From: Octopus sinensis
Lineage: Eukaryota
NCBI RefSeq assembly: GCF_006345805.1
Contig: NC_042997.1
Location: forward strand, 105,586,001 to 105,650,000
Length of the DNA: 64,000 nt
Direction: 5' to 3'
Shown here piece by piece: positions 54,281-64,000 of the stretch (positions are counted from its first letter, which is position 1; each line of letters begins with the position of its first letter). The notes beneath the pieces are model-generated. The model had not been told where the DNA came from. It did not search any database and was given only the letters and a program-made list of their open reading frames with translations. The translations under genes were made by a program, and so were the position numbers.

Positions 54281-54524
54281 TTTGCAAGATTCTTTATATG
54301 AATTCGTGTGTTGAAGCATATTCTGTTGTGTCTGGAGAGAGTCATTCTCTTTTAGTGCCTTATTATTTAACACACTCATTGGTAAAGACCATTGAAAAGG
54401 TTGCAAGACGCAACGAAAATTTTAGAAAATAAAAATAAGAAATAAGTGGAAATTTTACCGGTGAGTGTGTTAAATAATAAGGCACTAAAGAGAATGACTC
54501 TCCCCAGACACAACAGAATGTATG
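54281..54524. repeat. PLE-derived fold-back: ~70-bp inverted arms around a decayed hammerhead-like spacer
   Basis: Arms 54317-54386 and 54454-54524; spacer TTGAAAA-g-gttgc(aagac)gcaac-GAAA; head homologous to the 42680 and 43545 repeats. Confidence 0.7.
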
Positions 54525-55855
54525 AACATATTCAGGTTAAGCAAGTTTGCTCAATGTTACGAGAACATACCTCGGTAACAATTATGTTGTTTAAGATGTC
54601 AAAAATGTCGAAGGTTAATAAATTCTGTGCAAACATTTCCTTAGACATTCGAAAGAAACTAGTAATGTTATTATCTTGAATAGGCCTGTGTTCTTGCAGT
54701 GATGTTTGTGTATGCAGTTGTGATACATTTGAGACTATAGTTATATTGTAATGGTTATGACATGTTTTAGTTCAAACGCTAAGTCCGTGTAAAATCCCAA
54801 CCATTTTAACTCGAACTATGCAACATTATAATTATTTGGTATCTTATTGTCTTGGGGAATAATATCAGTTCTATTACATCCTGTCTGTTGGTTTGTCAGT
54901 ATTATAAAAATTCTAGAATTATTGGCATTTTCTAAATTTCTGGAAGTAGCATTTTCTAAGACCGGTCAAGACTCCTATGAGTACAAAAGAGTTTTCCGTT
55001 AAAGTTATGGCGAGTATTTATAGAGCAGCTTTACAACGCACCTCTGTCATTGAGATGATTTGTCTGAGTCACTTTGATTCATACTGATGCCATGGTGTTA
55101 GTGTTTCATGAAATACTCCACGAAAAATCATTATAGATGTTATGAACATGTATAAAGCTAGTAATGTTGGCAGCCGCTCTGTCGCAAATGTTGCTATAGT
55201 TACAACATTGTAACTATAGTTACAATATAACTATAGTCCGTCCTATGTTGGATGTGTATATCTAAGCAGAGATATATCATCTGTCAACTCTTCCCCGGAA
55301 GTATTCGCCATATGAAGAAACGTCTCTTAAATTAATTGTTCATCACATTACCTTATGTGCCTACTGTATATCAGTTTTTGCTGTTAACTCCAAGACAAGA
55401 TTTCAGCCATTGGAAGTCTAAGCTAAATTCTTGCGAGAACGCACCTACTAAGGATATATATATATATATATATACGGTAGTGATATATAATTTGCTAATC
55501 AAGAAGTGCATGCAGAAAGCTTTATTGAGAATCCAAACGGCAATGCTAAATAGTAATTGCTACCTTGTTATATTGCTTAGTGAAAACTCAAATACCCCAC
55601 CAATATCCTTTTCCTAGAGACGTATAGAGTGTGTATAGAGTGTGTCATTTATTGGGTATTATATAGTACTTTTTAAATAGCGTTTTAGTCTAATTTAATA
55701 AGAGTAGAACTCATAAGACTTATCGATGGTTTTGTGAAATCAACTTTCAATATATAATGCTAGTGTAGAAAATGGCGGCTGAAACGGAAAATTATTTAAT
55801 ATTCTAAGTTTAATCGGGAACTGTGAGATTTCCTGATTGCTTGTAGCTCGTGTTC

Positions 55856-55923
55856 TTAGGCAAAGTCGAGCCTGCATAGTACTTAGATGGGAAGCCGATT
55901 GGGAAACCAAAGTTGCTGCCAGC
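55856..55923 (+). pseudogene. 5S rRNA-like 3' half fragment
   Basis: tagtacttagatggg resembles the 5S box C (AGTACTTGGATGGG), followed by gattgggaaacc..gttgctg; 5' half not recognisable. Confidence 0.45.
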
Positions 55924-55942
55924 GAAATCATTAGGAATAGGT

Positions 55943-56110
55943 GAAGGTGGGGCTATGTAGTTGAGGAATTTGCTTCCATACCATGTAATCTTGGCTTCAG
56001 TCCCACTGCACGTCTCCTTACGCAAGTGCCTTTACTATAGCCTCGAGTCAAAGCCAACTAAAAATTTATGGGGTGATTAGGTAGAGAAAAACTGTAAAAA
56101 GTCTGTCGTG
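55943..56110 (+). mobile_element. Diverged long SINE 5' half
   Basis: ggcttcagtcccactgc..gcaagtgcctttactatagcctcg. Confidence 0.7.
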
Positions 56111-56373
56111 TGTATATATGTGTTTATATGCGTATACAAACTTGTATACGCACACACACACACATATATATGAGATGTTTTGGTATCCAGAAGTCCCAAA
56201 ACTTAGGTAAGTCTATGTAAGTGCTACGGACGGACCGCTGTTAAGCTCTCGGTTCCATAATAGCATGAGTTAGGAGTCTAAGGCAGGTCGTGTGTGAGCG
56301 TGTATATGTTAAATAAAATCAGATAAGTCCAAGGCAATTTGATATTCCTAGGACATTTATAAATACAAAGGCA

Positions 56374-56421
56374 GCCTTACAGCTGTTTCAAAGAAATAAA
56401 TGTTATCCCATTATCAGAGAC
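56374..56421 (-). other. Decayed PLE-type minimal hammerhead
   Basis: Minus: gtct-CTGATAA-(eroded stem II)-GAAA-cagctg-TA-aggc; palindromic ACAGCTGT stem III; G8 changed to A. Confidence 0.6.
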
Positions 56422-56549
56422 GAGTTAAAAGAGCTTCAATAGAAGGAATTAGTAGAGTTCATTTTTTTTAGAAGACGTTATTCTGGAGAGGGAGAGATAT
56501 AAAAGAAATTAGATATAATGCTTTTAAGCTAATATGTAGCTTTTAAGCA

Positions 56550-56858
56550 ACTAACTCCGAATGGAAAGATTTGCAAACAGATCTCTAATTGCTTCCTCCA
56601 GAGTCATGTCCAAAGGACGATCGAATTTTTCGTTAAAAAAGTCATGTAAAAAAATCGCCGTAATCAATCGCAACAATGAAAACATAGGAATCCAAAATGT
56701 CAGGGTTGCAGGTCCGGATTCGGCCCGGAATGTTTTTAATTTACTCACGGAGTCAACCTGATTCCAAAATGGCATTATATGTTGGCTACGGCCTCTAGGA
56801 GTAAAGTTTAAAAAGTGTGACACACTGACACACTGACATTCACATTTACATATTAGAT
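56550..56858 (+). mobile_element. Possible non-autonomous Helitron-like element
   Basis: Ends (cacactga)x2-cattcacatttacatattagat; similar ends at about 26610 and 57385. Recognition from memory only. Confidence 0.3.
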
Positions 56859-56903
56859 ATGCGTGTGTGTTTGTGCGTGCATCTATATGTATACATGTAC
56901 ATC

Positions 56904-57026
<123 letters not shown>

Positions 57027-57185
57027 GTACATATATATGTATGTATATATTAAAAGAAAGCAAAAATAAAGCAAAACTGATAGTGTTCAGTAGTTTGTTC
57101 AGTAAGCTGGCCACAGGAATTTCTGTCCAGGAAAGTTGTACATCATATCCCACATACCCACTCTCTCTTTCTGTCTATCTCTCTC

Positions 57186-57251
<66 letters not shown>

Positions 57252-58061
57252 CCACCGCCCTTACCGTCTGTATGCCTACTATTACCGTCACCCCACCACG
57301 AGGAAGTGTCAATGAATACTGAGAGAGGTGGCGTCAAAGTGTGTCACGCTAACACACAAATTAGTTTTCGCATTTATTATACCAGATATATCATTTCGAT
57401 ATACACAGGATTTAAATTCGTATTATTTTTAGTTTCATACCATGAAAGCACGATAATCTGTTAATCTTCGTAAACATTACATACGGTGCGCTATGCATGT
57501 TTGTCAAATTATGGTATTTTCACGCCATGAAACTAACAGTACATCAACTTTAAATTCTGCGTATCTTAAATGATATTAAACTCTTAATAGCTGAAGAATG
57601 GAGTACTTTTTTTACTGATTCCACTAATAACAGACTAGTAAATCATATATGTATGTGTGTGTGTTCGTATTTTTGTGCTTCTTTGTGTGTCTTTGTGTTT
57701 GAGTATGTGTGCTTGTGCGTGTGTGTGTGTGTGTGTATGTATGTGCCTTTGTGCTTGTAATTGTCCACACCGCCGATTGAGAACCGGTTTTGGTTTGTTT
57801 ACGTTTCCGCAATCTAGCAGTTCACCTAAAGGAAGGGTAGATAGTGTACCAGGCCCTAAAAAATTTGGGGGGTATTTGTTCTACTATGTATGTATGTATG
57901 TATGTATGTATGTATGTATGTATGTATGTGATGAGTTAAAAAAACATATACAAACAAACGGACAACAGAAACAGAAGGTCACCAAACCCTCATCAATTAT
58001 CGGCCAAAGACTCAACGCAATTTCGCACGCGCGCACACAGACACACAGACACACAGACACA

Positions 58062-58203
<142 letters not shown>

Positions 58204-58339
58204 TACATACATGCACGTGTGAATGTATGTATGTATTTTTTTTATTTGTTTCAGTCATTTGACTGCGACCATGCTGGAGCACCGCCTTTAGTCGAACATG
58301 TATGTATGTATATATGTACGTATATATGTATGTATGTAT

Positions 58340-58760
58340 TCTCATCTGCCAGTATGATATACAGGATGATCTTTGGTGTCGCATTTGTAACCGAGAGTGT
58401 GGGTTAGCCAGTGGACTCACACGACATTGTATGTGCCAATGTCTAGGTGGAAGTGCTGTTACTGTAGGATGGTGCGGAATGACTTGTAAGTCCCTTGGTA
58501 AGGAAAAGGTAAAGTTACCTTCTCGAGCCATGGCGACTCATAAGGGCTGGTTTTCCAATTTCGTGGCGTATTAATTCCCCACTTGGACAGGACGCCAATC
58601 CATTCGTCAAATTACTAATTTTGGCTTTCTGAGTGGAGTGGAGCAACGTGAAATGAAGAGTTTTGCTCAAGAACACAACACGTCGCCCGGTCCATAAATC
58701 GAAACCACAGTCTTACGATCAAGAATCCAACACCCTGGCCGCTAAGCCACGCGTTTCTAC
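58340..58760. mobile_element. LINE C-terminal Zn-finger scrap (+) next to a Nin/Deu-like SINE (-)
   Basis: LWCRICNRECGLASGLTRH (C-x2-C..GL..H) at about 58370-58430; SINE at about 58500-58760. Confidence 0.6.
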
Positions 58761-58899
58761 TGTACTTCCCTTGCAGGGCTTAGGAGCCATATTAGACGTC
58801 ACCAGCGATGAAAAGACCAAACGTTAGAGGTTTCTTAGAGGAAATATACTTACTTAGTCACGAATGAATTTTACCATGTGTGTATCTATGTTTGCAAGT

Positions 58900-59047
58900 A
58901 TTACATATGTATATAAGTGTTAGTGAATGTGTGTGTGAGCCTTTCTATGAGAGAAAATGCAGTACACACATATACTAACACATAGACTCACATATACATG
59001 CAGTTCTTTAGAAAACATGTATATATGTATATATATATGTATATATG

Positions 59048-59100
<53 letters not shown>

Positions 59101-59285
59101 ATATATATATATATAATTACATATATATATGTACATATATATATGCACACACATATATACATATATATTTACATATATATACATATATATATTTACATAT
59201 ATACATAAATGTATGCATATATATAATATATATATATACACATATACGTTTAGCATATATATATATATATACACATATATGTTTA

Positions 59286-59323
<38 letters not shown>

Positions 59324-59444
59324 CACACACACAAATACATGTATATATAAATGTATATACAACATACACAAATGCATGTATGTATGCATATATATCAATC
59401 TCTCTCTCTATATATATATGTGTCTGTGTGTGTATGTGTGCGTG

Positions 59445-59475
<31 letters not shown>

Positions 59476-60139
59476 TAAGAGAGTAATAGCGAAAGCGGGG
59501 TAAAAGAGAAGGTGACAGAGAACAGAGAGGGAAAATATCTACATTCATATTTTAATACTCAACACCCACCTACACACGGATAATTTCCTTCCATCCTTCT
59601 ATAATAAAATACAATTGATATGATATGATAGAATATACAGAGAATCAACTGCATTAAAACCTTTACCATCTTTTGGACGTATCATAAGTGAGATTGTTTT
59701 TTCAATAAAACCCATTGCAATGACTTTTACAGACATTTTCCCTTATTGCATTGGGAATACAAGAGACATTTTCTAATCATGGTGTCGCCATGTGCTTTTC
59801 CCATTCGGCCAATGAAAGCCCCGCTATGCTAAATTAAGCAACGTAACCCTATAGACGTAAGTTGCTGTAGAGGGCACAGATGAAAGGTGTATGTTATTGT
59901 GTGAATGTGTGTGCGTGTTTTGGTTATGTGGCTACGTAAATATTTCTATATGTGATATATATGATATATATGTGATATATATATGTATTTATGTATGTAT
60001 GTATGTATCTATGTATTTATGTATGTATTTATGTATGTATAAATATATATATATATACATGTATATATATGAAGATATATATATGTATATACATTCACAC
60101 GTAGATATATGTATATGCATATTTACATGCATACATACG

Positions 60140-60181
<42 letters not shown>

Positions 60182-60271
60182 GTATATATATATGCGTGTG
60201 TGTGCGTGTATATATATATGTATATACATAGGTATATATATACATATATACGTGTATGTGCGTATGTATGT

Positions 60272-60313
<42 letters not shown>

Positions 60314-60500
60314 TATATACGTGTATGTGTGTATATATATATATATACATATATATGTATATATATATGTGTGTGTGTGTATATATATATATGTGCGTGT
60401 GTGAATATATATATATATATGTATAAACATGTATGTGTGTATGTGTGCGTGGTTGTGTGTGTATGCAATTATACATATGTAAATATACGAGTCTAATTGT
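58900..60500. repeat. Extended degenerate (TA)/(TG)/(CA) microsatellite fields
   Basis: Read directly. Confidence 0.9.
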
Positions 60501-61057
60501 ATTTTTATATATCCCTCATAAAGTGTATGTTTTTTGTTTTTACTTCCTTTTGTTTTGTCTTCTTCCATTTTGTTTTAAACTTTTTTCCTGTATACGGATA
60601 TTTACAGATGTGCGTGCGTGTGTATCTACACTTGTGTTTGTGCGTACACACACGCGTGTGTGAGCGTGTGTGTGCGTGCTATTGAATGCAAGATAGTGTA
60701 TGCTTCATATGTGTATATGTGAAATGTAATGAAGTGGAAGGGTTGCGGTTAAACGGAATAAGTAAATGTTTGTAGAAGAGAGGGTGAAGGACAAGTGAAA
60801 GAGAGATTTTTCAGCTTGTCTATACAAAGAACGGATTGGTAGGAGCGCAAGCTAAAAGAACACATACACACAGAGAGAATAAAAATAAAAATGAAGACAC
60901 TTAAAAAACTCTCACTAAAACAGTAAAACAAATTCAAGAACAACAACAAACGTTACGATAACGATGACGATAACGAGAAAAAGTGAAACATTTCAAAAGC
61001 GAAATAAAGGGAGCGTTTTTGTGTGAATTCTACTAGCAAAAACACGAATGAGAAACA

Positions 61058-61628
61058 TATTCCCTTCTACTCTAGGCACAAAGCCCGAAATTTTGGGGGT
61101 GGGAACTAGTCAATTAGATCGACCCTAGTACGCAACTGGTACTTAATTTATCGAGCACGAAAGGAAGAAAGGCAAAGTCAATCTCGGCAGAATTTGAACT
61201 CAGAACGTAAAAACAGAAGAAATACCTATTTTTTTACTACCCACAAGGGGCTAAACACAGAGAGGACAAACAAGGACAGACAAACGGATTAAGTCGATTA
61301 TATTGACCCCAGTGCGTAACTGGTACTTATTTAATCGACCCCGAAAGGATGGAAGGCAAAGTCGACCTCGACGGAATTTGAACTCAGAACGTAGAGGCAA
61401 ACGAAATACCTATTCCTTTACTACCCACAAGGGGCTAAACATAGAGAGGACAAACAAGGACAGACAAAGGAATTAAGTCGATTATATCGACTCCGATGCG
61501 TAACTGGTACTTATTTAATTGACCCCGAAAGGATGAAAGGCGGAATTTGAACTCAGAACGTAACGGCAGATGAAATACCGCGAAGCATTTCACCCGGCGC
61601 GCTAACGTTTCTGCTAGCTCGCCGCCTT
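61058..61628 (-). mobile_element. Three head-to-tail SINE units joined at the same internal site
   Basis: Units 61058-61226, 61227-61410, 61411-61628; both junctions read gaaatacc|tatt. Confidence 0.88.
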
Positions 61629-62089
61629 ATGAAAATCACGTTGTGGAATATATGTCTATTTTATTGCTGTTATATGCAACAGTTTGTATGTTCTGTATAG
61701 GTGCGGTAAAAGTATTCCTACGTTCGTGATTATTGTTGTGTATATACGTGAGAGTATTATGTGTGTATGAAAAGATGGACGGACGGACGGACGGATGGAG
61801 GGTTTGACAAGAAGTACGGAAGGGTGTAGGTGCGTATATTTATGTATGGATAGATCTAAATGACCAGTAGAATGTTTTTGCTTTTCGTATATACACAATA
61901 TATTTTGTTGTTTCAGAAGGTACATTTATTAACACTACTATGTAGTTAAATTCATTATATTACTTGCATCGAGTTAATTATATATTTAACCTTACGTTAA
62001 ATATATGACATGCAGTGACTAGAAATATCATATATAGAGGTGTTCATAAGCACTTACACCTATACCTGTCAGTTTTTACACGTCTACGC

Positions 62090-62137
62090 GCACACAGACA
62101 ATAGACAGACAGACAGACAGATAGATAGATTGATAGG

Positions 62138-62176
<39 letters not shown>

Positions 62177-62257
62177 GTAGGTAGGTAGGTAGGTAGGTAG
62201 GTAGGTAGGTAGGTAGGTAGGTAGCTGGGTGGGCGGGTGGTTGGGTAGGTAGGTAGG

Positions 62258-62308
<51 letters not shown>

Positions 62309-62325
62309 ACAGACAGACAGACAGG

Positions 62326-62406
<81 letters not shown>

Positions 62407-62410
62407 GTTT
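62090..62410. repeat. (CAGA)/(TAGA)/(TAGG) microsatellite
   Basis: Read directly. Confidence 0.95.
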
Positions 62411-62585
62411 ATGTATGCATAAATATCATTGGTTTCAAATGTTTGCACAAGGCCAGTAATTTCATGGGGTGAGTAAATCGACTAGTACTTATTTTATCCC
62501 TATTTTCTATCAAACACACCCATATACAAGTATATACATATGTATAGATAGAGAGAGAGATAGATAGAGAGATAGATAGAGAGAT

Positions 62586-62643
<58 letters not shown>

Positions 62644-62707
62644 CAGAAGGCAATGGACAATCAGTAACTGAAAAAGCAACATAAGGAGGACAAGTTTTGA
62701 CAAATAT

Positions 62708-64000
62708 TGTATTACATTATTTACATTTGACGGATATTTGTCCTCTTCTTGTTTCTTGTTAACACAACGTTTCAGCTGATATCTCCTCCAGCCTTCATCA
62801 TGAGTCTTGGGGACATTTCGAACCTGGATTCTCATTCCTAAGGTACTTTTTCTCTTAAGGTGAATGTTGAGGGGTATAGTGGTGGAAGTCACGCCAGAAG
62901 CCAAAAGGCTTAGGCAAATGGTCTGCGAAAAAGAAATGTCGAGAGAAATCTGACCCGTTACCTTATAGGTTGTCACTGACATACTCCGCGAACCTGTCAG
63001 TTTCATGGTGACCGCTTCGCTCGATATAAGATTACTGGGGTAACATTCTAGCGTATATAGTCTATTAGAGATACTATGAAAGAATAGGTAGAAATAGAAA
63101 GTATAGTGTTTGATTCCACCGATGGTGGCGGTATTAAGAAAGGGTAGATATGGCAGTGTGACGAGAGCAAGGAATGTCTAGGAGGAAACGCAATATGAAG
63201 AAGGAGGATCAATGTAAAAACGGGCTGCGGAGGTTGCAGGGACACTTAAAGGAGGAATTGGTGGAATAAGGAAGAAATGGGAGATCGCCGAGTCATATTT
63301 TCGCTGACCGAAAAAGTGGAGGGTAATACCTTTCAGGGACGGGTTGGTAGGGTTGTAAGTAACGGGAAAGGAAATGTTGTGGATTGGATTCCGTACTTGG
63401 GGTGTGAGGAATGATATGTGATCAATAACATAGACCCAGGATAGAGTGTTTGATAACGGAGAGTGGGTAACCACGTCAAATGAAGAGATGGGTCATATGT
63501 AGAACCTGCCTCTCAAATTCGTGGTTATTGATGCAGAAGTGGCATACACGGAGGAATTTGAAATAGAAGATGGAGCGCTTGTAAGTGGGCAGCGAGGAAG
63601 AAACATTAAGGGAGGATTGGGAACCAGTAGGTTAGTAAAAGACAGGGGTGGAGAGGCTGGGTGAAGTGTAGTCGTCAGAGACAGTGATGTCGATGAAATG
63701 AAGTGCAATATCGGAGATGGTAACGTAAACCTAGAGTGCACAGCGAAAAGAGCTGACGGACAAAATGAAAGTTCTTAGATCCTTACGGGAGAAAGAAGTG
63801 GTATCATATCAGTCGCTGGTATGTTGGCCGAGTATAGTGACCCGTTCGTAAATCTTATCTGCGAGGGAAAAATCAATTAAGGGTGAATGCAAACTCGAGT
63901 AGACGAAAGTAATGAAGTACTGGGACAAAAAGTGATACTGAAGGACAACGGTGTATAGAGAATTTGCAGTCTTGATGAGAATGAGACAGCTGGGATTAGA
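62708..64000 (-). mobile_element. Penelope-like retroelement (RT C-terminus, GIY-YIG, 3' hammerhead remnant), decayed, runs off the window
   Basis: TISDIALHFIDITVS..LSTPVFY*PT..S..LNVSS..KRSI..FLRV..RGYP; IPCSR; SYIERSG...DRFAEY..SRHF; motif gactc-ATGATGA-a-ggctg..cagct-GAAA-cg-TT-gtgtt at 62761-62806. Confidence 0.88.

Overview
Repeat-saturated, AT-rich animal genomic DNA. The SINE families and the (TA)/(CA)/(TAGA)/(AAT)/(GAA) microsatellite load look like a cephalopod, probably Octopus (recognised from memory, not verified). No intact host gene is supported; nearly all supplied ORFs are microsatellite or transposon artefacts. Decayed mobile elements include two Tc1 copies, a mariner and a rosa-like deletion derivative, a Tigger-like MITE, CR1, RTE and R4/Dong-like LINE remnants, many tRNA-derived SINEs and several Penelope-like (PLE) remnants. 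Main result: a young tandem array at 48288-50791 (7 copies of a ~353-bp unit plus 39 bp) inserted into a (TA)n tract. Each unit carries a canonical type I hammerhead ribozyme on the minus strand (stem I-CUGACGA-stem II-GAAA-stem III-GUC), and 6 of 7 are intact. This is the architecture of a non-LTR retrozyme predicted to give self-cleaved ~353-nt linear or circular RNAs. An inverted duplicate at 44109-44282 appears to preserve the pre-insertion site, and at least six decayed PLE-type hammerheads lie elsewhere in the window, one about 600 bp from the array. Ribozyme activity, expression and novelty are untested inferences.
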